From: Candidatus Bathyarchaeia archaeon
Lineage (GTDB): Archaea > Thermoproteota > CALKCG01 > B24
Assembly (NCBI GenBank): GCA_038870975.1
Contig: JAVZJD010000001.1
Coordinates: 896,001 to 960,000 of the forward strand
Direction: 5' to 3'
DNA length: 64,000 bases
The notes under the pieces were generated by a model, which made no database searches, was not told the origin of the DNA, and saw only the letters and a list, made by a program, of their open reading frames with translations. A program made the position numbers and the translations under genes. This document shows positions 31,907 through 42,839 of this stretch, piece after piece (positions within the stretch are counted from its first letter, which is position 1; every line of letters starts with the position of its first letter).

Positions 31907-34162
31907 TTATTTACGACTCCTCTTGTAAAAACGGGGAATTTTCAAAATTTTCCCTATTGAATATACTACCGTAACTGCTAGGCTGAATATAAGCATAGTT
32001 AGCGATATAGCATACTGTGTTAAATCAGGTGTATAGGTTATTGTTACAATTCCACTTCCACTTGGTAAGAACACTTCTATGAATGGTACTTTAACTCCAA
32101 GCATTTTCATGAGGTTCGAAGGATAGTATGGAACTACTGTAGTAGGCCTCCCATTTACTTTTACTTCAAGCTCAGGATAGTAGACCATTCTAATCTTAAG
32201 TTTATCGTCAGGTTTAGCCCCTTTAAACTCTAAAACTATGGTATCTACCGTATAATTTAGAATACGGATTGCTGCGGTTGAATTTTCAATAGAGGCTATT
32301 GGATTGAAGCTCTTCATCCTAAAGACTTCGAATAGGCTGTTGGAGAAAACTTTCACGTAGCCGCTCTGTTTAAGAGTGCTTCTAAGTGAAGGGTTTATCA
32401 CGGCTATATACGTCACGCCTAATTCCTTAGCCAGTATTTCCAACTTTTCCAAGTCGTTAGCCAATGCATCTGCTTCGATCGATAGGATGCGGTTACCCTC
32501 AGTATTAGCTATGGAGTTTGTTATGTATCTGGTTCCATAGATTCCACCTATCGTAGGAGTATTCGACATTAGAGACGCTAAGTAAACATAATGGCTGGGC
32601 GGGTTAACTACACCCAAAGTATCCTGAATTAAAATGTACGTGTTTGATTTGTCTGAGCTTTGAATCCACCCTATTAACTCTTCTACTCTAGAGGGTAGAG
32701 AGTAGTCGTAGCTCAAGGGGAACACTATACGGCGGTTTAGCGGATGGGCGATATCCGTAGTCTCCAATTGAGCGCTTAGAGACATGCATATGAGAATTAA
32801 AGCTAAAACCGAGCAAAGCTTATTGTTCACAGACGCGTTAGACTTCCTTCTTAGAAGACTCTTCAGGGCGTATATGGCTCTTGAAAAGCCTACACCTGCT
32901 AAAGCTATTAGCATATATCTCGCGGAAGCCACACATTTACCGAAGGCAAGCTCACTATGGAAAGGTATTATTCTGGTCAAGTCAACCCATCCTATTCTAA
33001 AACTTTCATATCCTGCTCCTATCCATAAGAGCAGTATGGATGAAATCAGCGGATGGTAGCAGTCGTCTTTATAAACAATGTAGCCCACAATTAGGAACGG
33101 TACGGCTAGAATGAGGACTGATGGGTTAACAGTAGTCAGTGATATTGAAAATACGATGTAACCGAGTGTAAGGGAGACAACCCCCAGTTTCTCCTTCAAC
33201 CCTATTCTCGCAGTTCTAGTGAAAATCCATATTCTGAGAGGTATGACTAGTAAAGCTAAAGATATTATAAGCCAAGTATAGGGCTTGAATGTCTCCAAAA
33301 TATCTATGAGAGCCCACTTCCCAATTTCCCACTTAATGTTCCAGATGAGGTTGTGATATATCTTATTGTATTTCATCATTGGAATAAGCCAGAATGACGA
33401 GAAGAGTATGGTAAAGCAAGCTATTAAACCATAGTCTAGAAAAGCTCTCCATAGGATTCTAGCGTTTAAGCTTAAAATCCTCATGACCATTAATACGGCT
33501 ATGGATATGGCTAGGGAGTAGAAAACCATTGGATGAGTCACCATGGTTGAAGCTGAGAAGAACGCTGCCCAAATACAGATAACAAGCCACTTGAATCCTA
33601 AGTCTAAATCTAAAGTGTGTATTATCAAAGCTAAAGCTACGAATGAGAGGACTATTCCCATACTCTGCCCCCACATTCCGACTTCATAGATCTGTTTAAT
33701 CCCAGCGTCAAGCCAAGCACTTTCACCTGGGAAGACTGTTACTGCGATTAGCGCTGCTGCTACAGCTCCAACTCTATCCGCTGTTAAAGCTCTAACGTAA
33801 ATGTAGACCGCAGGAGCGTAGGCTACGTAGACTATATTTAATGCTAGCTTGTAAACCGTGTAGAAGTCTACGAATTTTAGAAGACCATAGGCTAGGATTG
33901 CTACATAACTGTGGGGTCCGCAGTAGTAGAACTGGTTGAGAGGCCAGCCGTACTGGTTTAAAGGGTCCCAGCCTAAGAGTCTGCCCTTAGGTAGGAGGTA
34001 TTTTAGAGTGAGCCATGCCTGGTTTATATAGTTCGGATGGTCCCATCCTATTAATATGCCGGGTCTGTAGAAGGTTTTAATTGATAGAGTTGCGTAGAAG
34101 GCTATGATCGTTAGGGATAGATAGTCCCAGTTTTTCTTTAGAAGGTTGTTGAAACGGCTCAT
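31907..34162 (-). CDS. Large membrane protein, GT-C/YfhO-like
   Basis: GWDHP, GWDPL..GWPL.QFY, many TM helices, C-terminal 'YYPELEVKVNG'; start at MSRFNN (ORF track extends to 34312). Confidence 0.65.
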   Translation of the reverse strand: MSRFNNLLKKNWDYLSLTIIAFYATLSIKTFYRPGILIGWDHPNYINQAWLTLKYLLPKGRLLGWDPLNQYGWPLNQFYYCGPHSYVAILAYGLLKFVDFYTVYKLALNIVYVAYAPAVYIYVRALTADRVGAVAAALIAVTVFPGESAWLDAGIKQIYEVGMWGQSMGIVLSFVALALIIHTLDLDLGFKWLVICIWAAFFSASTMVTHPMVFYSLAISIAVLMVMRILSLNARILWRAFLDYGLIACFTILFSSFWLIPMMKYNKIYHNLIWNIKWEIGKWALIDILETFKPYTWLIISLALLVIPLRIWIFTRTARIGLKEKLGVVSLTLGYIVFSISLTTVNPSVLILAVPFLIVGYIVYKDDCYHPLISSILLLWIGAGYESFRIGWVDLTRIIPFHSELAFGKCVASARYMLIALAGVGFSRAIYALKSLLRRKSNASVNNKLCSVLALILICMSLSAQLETTDIAHPLNRRIVFPLSYDYSLPSRVEELIGWIQSSDKSNTYILIQDTLGVVNPPSHYVYLASLMSNTPTIGGIYGTRYITNSIANTEGNRILSIEADALANDLEKLEILAKELGVTYIAVINPSLRSTLKQSGYVKVFSNSLFEVFRMKSFNPIASIENSTAAIRILNYTVDTIVLEFKGAKPDDKLKIRMVYYPELEVKVNGRPTTVVPYYPSNLMKMLGVKVPFIEVFLPSGSGIVTITYTPDLTQYAISLTMLIFSLAVTVVYSIGKILKIPRFYKRSRK

Positions 34163-34197
34163 TCTAGTTTTTCTCAAGGTGGAGGGTCTTATTAAAA

Positions 34198-35076
34198 CTA
34201 CAACAAGTAGAGGAGAGTAAACACTGAGATGAGCCATATGACAAATACTGAGGTGAACTTCCACTGTTTGAATAATTCGCTTGGGTTGTTTGCTACGGCC
34301 GTGTTTCTCCAAACAGTATTGGTGTAAAACGCTACTAAGTATGTGATGAGTGGTATGGTTAGAGCAAACCCGATCCCATGGACGTTTATACTATAAATTG
34401 TGTAGACTACGATTACCAGGAATGATACTATGAAAAGTCCGCGTCTGATTTGAATCTTCTTGTAGTATTTGAGGGCCTTTCTATGGGTTTCTGCGTTATC
34501 GCCAAGTTCGAGAATCTCTCCGACACGTTTTCCAAAAGACAGCAGTAGGGCTAGTGAAAATATGCCTACTATAAGCCAAGGCGATATTGGTACTGAGATT
34601 GCGTAGGCTCCGGCTATGGCTCTTATAACGTAGTTTAAAGACACATCGGCTACGTCTAAAAGTGCATAATCTTTCAAGGTGAAACTGTAGATTTGTGTGT
34701 TTAGAAATAGCATAATCATACATATCAACACGTTTAGGTTAACGCAGTAGGCTATAGTGAAGCCGGTGGACGCCGTTAAAATACTCAATATTGCCGCTGT
34801 TCTTATGGAGATTAGATTCGATGGTAAAGGGCGTAGTCTTTTAATCGGATGTTTCTTGTCTCTCTCCAAATCTCGTATATCGTTAAGTATGTAATTGGCT
34901 CCTGATGTTAAGCATGCTGATGCAAAGGATGCTATTAGGCTTGGCCATAGGTCTAGTTTAAACATCGATTGTGAGAAGACGGCGGGTACGATTATGAGTA
35001 GGTTTTTATACCACTGGTTTGGCCGGGTCAATGTAATGAACGCTCTAAAGGCTTTTAATCGCCTATTCTTGCTCAT
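34198..35076 (-). CDS. UbiA-family decaprenyl-phosphate phosphoribosyltransferase-like protein
   Basis: RPNQWYKN, YILNDIRDLERDKKHPIKRLRP, YSFTLK, KRVGE. Confidence 0.9.
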   Translation of the reverse strand: MSKNRRLKAFRAFITLTRPNQWYKNLLIIVPAVFSQSMFKLDLWPSLIASFASACLTSGANYILNDIRDLERDKKHPIKRLRPLPSNLISIRTAAILSILTASTGFTIAYCVNLNVLICMIMLFLNTQIYSFTLKDYALLDVADVSLNYVIRAIAGAYAISVPISPWLIVGIFSLALLLSFGKRVGEILELGDNAETHRKALKYYKKIQIRRGLFIVSFLVIVVYTIYSINVHGIGFALTIPLITYLVAFYTNTVWRNTAVANNPSELFKQWKFTSVFVIWLISVFTLLYLL

Positions 35077-35087
35077 AGTCACCACCT

Positions 35088-36203
35088 CTAGTATGGATTC
35101 CATTCATTGAGTTTGGTATCTTCTGGGTATTTCCCATATGGATATTTAAGCCAAAGCCTTCCCCAGTTGGTTTTAAAGAACCTTCTCATACGTATGCGTC
35201 CGATTGTAGGATACCATATGTAATCGTGGTATACGTTTGACGCTAAAACTGCCAGTTTAAACATTGGACTGTTGAACAATACTCTATCCACCACGGGTTT
35301 TCCTCTTAAAAGCTGGTCGAAGAATATTGCGGGGCTCCGTTTAACTTTAAACTTGAAGTCTATCTTCGCTGGGTCTAAGTCGCCTACTACATCTATTTGG
35401 CTGATGTCTGCACACCCCAAGCCCTTCTCGTGGGCGATGCGTAGGTATTCTATATCCATAGGGTTAAACCCCATGATTCTAGCAGCCACTGAGTCGACAG
35501 CCACTTGGTCTGCCCCTGCTATTAGAATATTTCCTTCTCTAGGTGTCATTGTTCTAGGTCCAGCTCCATCTCCCATCACAGTCCCGTCGACTACTGCGAA
35601 TACTCCTGGGTGTATTTCACGTTGTATTTGGAGAAGGTCGACTAGAACTTCGTGGATGTTTTTATGGGCGTGGTGTCGATATTTTGGGATGAGTCCTCCA
35701 AAGGAGTTTTTAATAGCGCATGTGATCTTTGTATGTCCGTGGGTTTTTAAAGTGGCTAAGTGTAGGATTCCTCTACCTATGAATAGGGTTGGAACTAGGA
35801 TTTTCGTTTTAAATAGTTTATCTAAAGCTAACAGTTGAGACTTAGGCTTGTATTCTATCCATTCGACATTGGGAAGTGGGATGAATTTAACTCCATATTT
35901 TTCGAATATTGGTAGCCATTTATTCAGGTAGGCCCCCTTCCATGGATGGGTTACCACGGTTTGATTTTCGACTGGAAACACTTTAAATCCATCATTAGTT
36001 AAAACCCTTAAAACACCCTCGAGTTGCCATACTGGTGTTGAACAGGCTGGGAAGAAGAGAGACCATGAGAGGTTAAGCTTCAAAACGATTTCTCCTACGC
36101 TTGGGAAATGCCTCCTGTAATCTGCTATTCTCATTAATCGCTCATAGTCTTCAATAACTGTCTCTGGTGAGGTGCGGATAACGGTGACTCTGGGGTTTTT
36201 CAA
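35088..36203 (-). CDS. DUF362 domain protein
   Basis: LKLNLSW, LKTHGHT.ITCAIKNSFG, GDGAGP, DQVAVDS. Confidence 0.88.
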   Translation of the reverse strand: MKNPRVTVIRTSPETVIEDYERLMRIADYRRHFPSVGEIVLKLNLSWSLFFPACSTPVWQLEGVLRVLTNDGFKVFPVENQTVVTHPWKGAYLNKWLPIFEKYGVKFIPLPNVEWIEYKPKSQLLALDKLFKTKILVPTLFIGRGILHLATLKTHGHTKITCAIKNSFGGLIPKYRHHAHKNIHEVLVDLLQIQREIHPGVFAVVDGTVMGDGAGPRTMTPREGNILIAGADQVAVDSVAARIMGFNPMDIEYLRIAHEKGLGCADISQIDVVGDLDPAKIDFKFKVKRSPAIFFDQLLRGKPVVDRVLFNSPMFKLAVLASNVYHDYIWYPTIGRIRMRRFFKTNWGRLWLKYPYGKYPEDTKLNEWNPY

Positions 36204-36358
36204 TTCGAGGATAATTTTTGAAAATCCTGCGGATAATCGTTTCTCAGGTTTATCGTAGGAAAATCCATCCGTCGATTTACATCCTCGTTTTCTATCTTCG
36301 GCTTAGTGTTTAGCAATTTATAAGTAGTTCTTACTCCGTATTTGTTCGTGGTGTCTCT

Positions 36359-37354
36359 TTGGCTGAAGTCTTCTACGATAAAGATGTAGAATTGTCTATT
36401 TTAAACGGTTTAACTGTGGGCGTGCTCGGATATGGCAATCAGGGGCGGGCTTGGGCTTTAAATATGCGGGACAGTGGAGTTAAAGTCTTAGTTGGCAATA
36501 TACGGGATGAATATTGGACTAGAGCCGAAGAAGACGGTTTCAAAGTCCTATCCCTCGACCAAGCATCTGCAAATTCAGACATCTTATGCCTCCTTCTTCC
36601 AGATGAGCTTCAGCCGGTCGTATACAGGGATTACATAGAGGCCAATTTGTCTGAAGGTAAGATGCTTGTTTTCGCTCATGGTTTTTCAATAAGATATGGG
36701 CTTATAAAGCCTCCTGCTTTTGTAGACGTAGGTTTGGCGGCGCCGAGAATGATAGGGTCTGGTGTTAGAAGGCTTTACACACTAGGCTCTGGTGCTCCAG
36801 CGCTACTGGCTGTTAAACAAGATTACAGTGGCGTAGCTTGGGGGAGGCTACTGGCTTTAGCTAAAGCCTTGGGTTTTACTCGTGTAGGAGCGGTTAAGTC
36901 TAGTTTTGAAGAAGAGACAGAGCTCGACCTTTTCACAGAGCAGGCTGTAATGCCTATAATACTTTCAGCCTTTATGAAGGCCTATGAAATACTCTCTGAA
37001 GCTGGCTATAGTTCAGAGGCGATAATACTTGAGCTTTTAGCGTCTGGTGAACTTATAGAGGTTTTCAGACAGGTGTGTAAACTCGGGCTTATAGGTCAGT
37101 TGCCTCTGCATTCTAGGACAAGTCAGTACGGTCAGCTTTCCAGGGTGCAGAGGTTTATAGACATTGTTGAAAAGCCTATGAGGCTTAGCCTTGAAGAGAT
37201 AAGGTCTGGGCTTTTCTCGACGGAGCTTATACTTGAACAGAGGAGTGGATACGTTAAGTTTCGCAAGCTTATGGAGGAGGCTGCATCCCATCCACTATGC
37301 CGTGCTGAAAACGCCATTAAAAGCAAGGTTAAAATACCCTACGACGTCTTATAG
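36359..37354 (+). CDS. ilvC: Ketol-acid reductoisomerase
   Basis: GYGNQGRAWALNMRDSG, FAHGF, ETELDLFTEQ, SRTSQYG. Confidence 0.95.
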   Translation: MAEVFYDKDVELSILNGLTVGVLGYGNQGRAWALNMRDSGVKVLVGNIRDEYWTRAEEDGFKVLSLDQASANSDILCLLLPDELQPVVYRDYIEANLSEGKMLVFAHGFSIRYGLIKPPAFVDVGLAAPRMIGSGVRRLYTLGSGAPALLAVKQDYSGVAWGRLLALAKALGFTRVGAVKSSFEEETELDLFTEQAVMPIILSAFMKAYEILSEAGYSSEAIILELLASGELIEVFRQVCKLGLIGQLPLHSRTSQYGQLSRVQRFIDIVEKPMRLSLEEIRSGLFSTELILEQRSGYVKFRKLMEEAASHPLCRAENAIKSKVKIPYDVL

Positions 37355-37426
37355 GGTTGAAATCCATTAATCTGTTTGCCTACTGTGGTTTTGATTTTTA
37401 CATTTTCGTAGGCCCTCTATTGGATT

Positions 37427-37882
37427 TCAGCGCAGTTTGATGAGTATTAGTATGCTGATTATGATTAGGATTATAGACGTTATAACAGTCATTATTTGGC
37501 TTAGCCTTAGGAGTCTAACTAGGTATATTGGAATTGTATTGATGTTTATTACGTTGTTTACAAGCACCATATAGGTTATAGTTAGAGTAAGCCCCATAAA
37601 ACCTGCGACTAACGCTAGTATGCCGAGTATGACTGCTATGCTTTTAGAGCCGTTTGTAGAAGCGGGGGTTGGACTGGCTGTTGTAGGCTCCTCGGGTATT
37701 ATTAAAGCCGCTATTATGTACAGTATTATTCCAAAACCCCATACTAGGGAGATTGCAACCCATATGAGTCTCACTACTACGGGGTCTATGTTTAAGTATT
37801 CACCCAACCCCCCGCAGACACCTGCTAAAATACGGTTTTTCCTAGACCTATATAGTCTTTTAACTGGTGTAGTTTGCTCCAT
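37427..37882 (-). CDS. PspC domain membrane protein
   Basis: KRLYRSRKNRILAGVCGGLGEY..IDP..VRL. Confidence 0.92.
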   Translation of the reverse strand: MEQTTPVKRLYRSRKNRILAGVCGGLGEYLNIDPVVVRLIWVAISLVWGFGIILYIIAALIIPEEPTTASPTPASTNGSKSIAVILGILALVAGFMGLTLTITYMVLVNNVININTIPIYLVRLLRLSQIMTVITSIILIIISILILIKLR

Positions 37883-37961
37883 ACTTTATTTATATTAAAA
37901 AAGTGGATTTAAAACTATTTATATACAGTGTGTTTTTAGTAAGGCCATCGACATTAGGTGG

Positions 37962-39539
37962 TTGCCGTTGAAGGAAGTGCATAAATGGGGTGTTTTTGAA
38001 GCCGATTTTAAAAGTAGTAGTAGCTATGGTGATCCTTTTCGAGATGTGTCTCTCAGCTGTATCTTCAGATCTCCAACTGGTAGAGAGTTTGTTGTCGATG
38101 GTTTTTGGAACGGCGGCTCCACTTGGTGTGTTAGATTCATGCCAGATGAATTAGGCGTCTGGAGTTATAGGACTTTATGCTCCAATAGCGGTGATGAAGG
38201 GCTTCATAATCAGACAGGCTTCTTCGAATCCGTACCATATGAGGGTGAGAACCCCATCTATATCCATGGTGCTTTAAAGCTTTCAGATAATCGGAGGTAT
38301 CTGGTTCATGCCGATGGTGTTCCATACTTTTGGCTTGCCGATACCGCGTGGAATGGTGTTTTGAGGTCGACAGTCGCAGAGTGGTCTAAATACTTAAAGA
38401 TCAGGAGGGAGCAGGGTTTTACGGCTGTTCAGTTTGTAGTGACGCATTGGCGTGGAGGGCCGTGTGATGTTGAACGTGAGACTGCCTACGAGGGTAGAGA
38501 GAGAATAATCAGGTTGAATGTTGAATTTTTCAAACGTATTGACGTTAAATTCTCCATGGTAAATGAATACGGTTTAGTAGCTGCTCCAGTGCTCTTATGG
38601 GCTATTAGAGATGATATTAGCCCCGGCTCAAACCTTACAGATGGAGATGCGCTTTTACTAGCACGCTATTTAGTGGCTAGATATGGAGCATACATCTTGG
38701 TTTGGATATTGGCTGGAGATGGAGACTATAGGGGTGGTAAAGCTGAACGTTGGAAGTTTATTGGAAGAGCCGTCTTCCAAGGTAGATCTAGACATCCAGT
38801 AACCATGCATCCCGCTGGAAGACATTGGCTTCTACCTGAATTTCTACATGAAGAATGGCTGGATATAGTAGGCTATCAAAGTGGACATGGAGTCTCTGAA
38901 GACGACTTGAAATGGCTCTGCTTCGGTCCGCCGAGTAGAGACTGGCTTTTAGAACCGGCAAGACCGTTTATAAACCTTGAGCCGAATTACGAGGGTCATC
39001 TAGCGTATAGGGTATTTAAGCCTATAACTGCGCATATGGTTCGTAGAGCTGCGTACTGGAGTCTTCTAGTGGCGCCACCCGCGGGTGTATCGTATGGAAC
39101 CAATGGAGTCTGGTATTGGAGTAGAAAACCCGAGGTTCCGATTAACCATCCTCATATTGGTGTTGCTAAACCTTGGAGAGAAGCCGTTAATCTTCCAGGT
39201 GCTTGGAGTATGGGTCGGCTTAGAAGGATATTTTCGAAGATACCTTGGTGGGTTCTTCGCCCAGACCATGAACTACTCGTGGAGCAGCCGGGTTTTAAAC
39301 ATGTGGAGCTATTCGTAGCCGCATGTCGAAGTGAAAAAGGTGAAATCGCCTTAATCTATACGCCGGAAATGCAGAGTCTAAATTTAAACCTCAGCCATAT
39401 GAAGAAGCCTTTTGAAGCGGTATGGATAAATCCACGTAGAGAGGAAGAAGTGAGAATAGGTGTATTCTCATGCGACCGTTTAAACCTTACGCCTCCAGGA
39501 CCGGGTGATTGGCTACTAATACTGAAAGCTTTAAGCTAA
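37962..39539 (+). CDS. DUF5060/DUF4038 glycoside hydrolase (apiosidase/GH140-like)
   Basis: VRFMPDELGVW, FWLADTAW, QSGH, EPNYEG, C-terminal PPGPGDWLL. Confidence 0.85.
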   Translation: MPLKEVHKWGVFEADFKSSSSYGDPFRDVSLSCIFRSPTGREFVVDGFWNGGSTWCVRFMPDELGVWSYRTLCSNSGDEGLHNQTGFFESVPYEGENPIYIHGALKLSDNRRYLVHADGVPYFWLADTAWNGVLRSTVAEWSKYLKIRREQGFTAVQFVVTHWRGGPCDVERETAYEGRERIIRLNVEFFKRIDVKFSMVNEYGLVAAPVLLWAIRDDISPGSNLTDGDALLLARYLVARYGAYILVWILAGDGDYRGGKAERWKFIGRAVFQGRSRHPVTMHPAGRHWLLPEFLHEEWLDIVGYQSGHGVSEDDLKWLCFGPPSRDWLLEPARPFINLEPNYEGHLAYRVFKPITAHMVRRAAYWSLLVAPPAGVSYGTNGVWYWSRKPEVPINHPHIGVAKPWREAVNLPGAWSMGRLRRIFSKIPWWVLRPDHELLVEQPGFKHVELFVAACRSEKGEIALIYTPEMQSLNLNLSHMKKPFEAVWINPRREEEVRIGVFSCDRLNLTPPGPGDWLLILKALS

Positions 39540-39638
39540 ACGTCCTTTAAACCAAGCGGAATTTAGGTTTTTCACCTAGTTGTAGAAAGTAAACTTTATT
39601 AAACGAAAACAGTAAAGCTATTTGTGCCTATACGAGGC

Positions 39639-39713
39639 AGCGGGGTGGGGTAGCTAGGTTAACCCGCCGGGCTCATAACCCGGAGATCGGTCGTTCAAAT
39701 CGACCCCCCGCTA
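39639..39713 (+). tRNA. tRNA-Met initiator (CAT)
   Basis: Cloverleaf AGCGGGG..CCCCGCT-A, A1-U72, GGG/CCC anticodon stem, CAT anticodon, TTCAAAT loop. Confidence 0.97.
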
Positions 39714-39841
39714 CTATTCATCAACTTCTAGGTTTAAGTTATTTTTATCGTTGAGTGGAAGATTTTTTTAACTGATATATTGTCTTTTTTCCACGATTTT
39801 TTCAAGGAAATGTTTTTATTCTTAAAAATTTACGTTTAATC

Positions 39842-40534
39842 ATGGATTTGAGTCAAATTAAGGTTGGTATTGAGAATTTGGATGCTCTCCTGCAGGGGGG
39901 TTTTATAAGAGGTTCTACCGTTGTTCTTTGCGGTCCTGTTGGTACTTTGAAATCCCATATTGGTTTTCACTTTATTTATAGTGGTTTAGTGAATGGTGAG
40001 AAGTGCTTCTGTTTTAGTACGAATCAAGACTTGGATGTTTTAGCTCTTCAACTTAAGATCAACTACGGCTGGGATTTAAAACGGTATGTCGATACTGGGA
40101 TGTTGGACTTTCTCTACTATTCGCCGGCTAGTGTTCAGATTTCACGTTTAGCGTATGAGCTTAGTGGTACGGAGATTGTTAGAGAGATTGTCCATAGGGT
40201 GGGTGATGATGTCAGTAGGATAGTTGTTAATACGTTGTCTCAGCTGTTCACGGTGATAGGTGACGAAGGGCTCGTGTTGAGTTTAATCTATAGGTTGAAG
40301 GCGAAAGTTGGGAAGAGTGGGGCGGTGGCGCTCTTTATAATGGATAGTAAGATTCAGAGGGAGAGTATTGAGGAGAATGTGAAATCTATAGCCGACTATG
40401 TCTTAGAAACTAGAGTACATGAAGATGTGATGCATGAGGAGGTTGTAGAAATAAGGCTTGTTAAGTCTTTGACGAGGCATGACTTAAAATGGCATAGGGT
40501 CTACTTGGCTGAAAACGGTGTACACGTCGAATAG
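39842..40534 (+). CDS. RAD55/KaiC-like RecA-superfamily ATPase
   Basis: GIENLDALLQGG, Walker A GPVGTLKS; Walker B degenerate (IVVNT). Confidence 0.85.
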   Translation: MDLSQIKVGIENLDALLQGGFIRGSTVVLCGPVGTLKSHIGFHFIYSGLVNGEKCFCFSTNQDLDVLALQLKINYGWDLKRYVDTGMLDFLYYSPASVQISRLAYELSGTEIVREIVHRVGDDVSRIVVNTLSQLFTVIGDEGLVLSLIYRLKAKVGKSGAVALFIMDSKIQRESIEENVKSIADYVLETRVHEDVMHEEVVEIRLVKSLTRHDLKWHRVYLAENGVHVE

Positions 40535-41087
40535 TAGTCTAACGTCTACATCAGACTTCTCCTAATCATCTCTAACAGCGGTTTTATCTGGTTAGTATTT
40601 TCAACTTCTACTTTTCATCGTTTAACTGTTGTAATGGCTTCTTCTTACAACTTTTTAAGGTTTTTATGGACTTTTATGGAGCGGTTTATGGTTGTTTTTT
40701 ATGGATGCTTAGACCCCCTAGTCGGGTTCGATTGAAGCCCTCGGTTGGGCTACTGGGGTTTTCGAGTTCTAACGGTATAATCGATTCTTCGAAGGCTCTA
40801 CTCTTACGCGCAGTATTAGAGTTTAAACTCCTACTTTAGCCTACTCATCTTCAACGTTGCTTAAGCTGGCTCATTAGGTTTTAGAAAGCGTAATCTATGG
40901 GCTTTTCGTACACTCGACGAGCTGTGGCTCAGACGCTTTATACTCTTCATACCATTCTAACTCTTCCACATCAGAAGAAGAACTTAATCAACTCCTACAC
41001 AAAGTCATCAGTCTCCATAGAGGATTCCTATAGTTGACTACATCAGAAGGCTTAAATGATTTTTATCAACATCTTGATGTGATCCAC

Positions 41088-42077
41088 ATGGTGAGCCTAG
41101 AGAGAAGTACTCTACGTGTTCAAACGCCTGATGGTGGCTTTGTTGAAATACCCTACTTTAAGATTAAAGGTAGGTCTTACAGCCCTGTTGTTTATATTCA
41201 AGCGGCTCAGCATGGAGTTGAACTTACAGGCGTGTACACGATTAAACTTTTACTAGACAGTATTGCGAGCATGGATGTTAACGGGACAATTATACTCGTT
41301 CCTGTGGCAAACCCTTTGGCTGTAAAGTGGAGGAGGCACTTTTACAAGATGGAGTTGGGAGAACCATACTCTAGCTACCATCCCCACCAGATGAATAGGC
41401 TTTGGCCTGGGAAAGCCGATGGAAATGAAACTGAGAGAATGGTCTACAGTCTTTATAGAAACTTGGTTGAGCAGGCAGACTACGTTATAGACCTTCACTG
41501 TTATGAGCAGTGGATTGCGCCAGCTGCACTAGCTAATGGGTGGGATGAGGTATCCGTAAAACTTGCTGAGTACTCGCTACTACCATTTATAGAGATTTAC
41601 GATAAACCAAACGTTCATAGAGGTATGTTGAGTTATGTGGCCACCGAAGCTGGTAAACACGCGCTCACAATTGAGCATAGTGGTCAAAGGTGGGTTTCTC
41701 CAGAGCAAGCTAAGCTTGTGTATAAGGGGCTTATGAACATCCTCCGCTACTTGGCCATAATTTCAGGTGAAATTATCAAGCCGAAGCTTCAGTTTACGCT
41801 TGGAAGAGATCAACACGTAGATGTTTATGCCCCTGAAGGAGAGTGGATAATAGTTGTCTTAAAATCGGCTGGTGAATGGGTAGAAGAAGGGGAAGAAATA
41901 GCTAAACTTCTCAATATGAACAGTCTAGAGGAGGAGACTGTTAAAAGTCCAGTTAAAGGCATGATCTACTGGATAGGCTCTACGAGAAGCAACATAGACA
42001 CTAGACCATCAGAAGAAGTCCAAGTGGTCTTGAAGGGTGAGAAGTATCGAATAGCCACAATCTACGTCGTAAAATAA
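41088..42077 (+). CDS. Succinylglutamate desuccinylase/aspartoacylase (M14) family hydrolase
   Basis: QHGVELTG, VPVANP, MNRLWPG, IDLH, C-terminal biotinyl-like barrel. Confidence 0.88.
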   Translation: MVSLERSTLRVQTPDGGFVEIPYFKIKGRSYSPVVYIQAAQHGVELTGVYTIKLLLDSIASMDVNGTIILVPVANPLAVKWRRHFYKMELGEPYSSYHPHQMNRLWPGKADGNETERMVYSLYRNLVEQADYVIDLHCYEQWIAPAALANGWDEVSVKLAEYSLLPFIEIYDKPNVHRGMLSYVATEAGKHALTIEHSGQRWVSPEQAKLVYKGLMNILRYLAIISGEIIKPKLQFTLGRDQHVDVYAPEGEWIIVVLKSAGEWVEEGEEIAKLLNMNSLEEETVKSPVKGMIYWIGSTRSNIDTRPSEEVQVVLKGEKYRIATIYVVK

Positions 42078-42266
42078 AGACTTCCTTTATACATCTCGGA
42101 GAAGTTCCCAAGTAAACCTCGAAAACGTATTCATATTAACGGCTGTAGCTATGACGTCTATATCGTAGTGAAGAGCCTTTAACGAATCCAATAGATGCCT
42201 AGGTTGACGATAAGCTTTCATAGTTTAGGTTTATTTGAGCCTTTAACCTTTCACCTGTCTCTTTAG

Positions 42267-42590
42267 CAACAAGCGCTATGGCATTGGGGTTTACTTTTCG
42301 GTACTGTTCTCTATTATCTCTTCAATTTAGATATTGGTTTTATTCTTTTAACTGGTTTTGCGGCTTTTATACCGGATATTGATTGGATGATGGAGTTTTC
42401 ATGGGGCTTTGGAAATGTCCATAGGAAGCTCCTACATAACGTTTGGTTTCTAGGCATACTGATGCTCTTAGTGCTCTTCTTATTTAGGAGTTTGATTCTG
42501 GTGCTCACTGTAATGGTTGGCTTCATAAGCCATCTTATGATCGATTCTTTCACTGTCACGGGGGTATATTGGCTTTATAGCATAATATAG
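42267..42590 (+). pseudogene. Membrane metal-dependent hydrolase (YdjM-like) remnant
   Basis: In-frame PDID, HRKLLH, SHLMID motifs; no proper N-terminus and early stop. Confidence 0.6.
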
Positions 42591-42839
42591 GGTGTCATGT
42601 ACGTAGCTGCAGAATGCAGAGTAGACTCTAAGCCCAACGATAAACGAGACGAAGAACAGTATAAGCACTTCAGCCTTCCTACGCGGAGGCCAATCAGACC
42701 ATGGAAAACGCATACCAAGCATCAAATTACAATTCTTACCAAGCAAATAATAAGTGTTAGGTTTCATCTGGAGGCTTATGGTGAAATTCAATTACCTCTT
42801 TAGACGTAACAACATGCCTATCCACGGTTTACTAGGCTT

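Noticed and set aside
36204-36300. Imperfect hairpins between DUF362 and ilvC
   Set aside because: Pairing is short and imperfect; no RNA family recognised.
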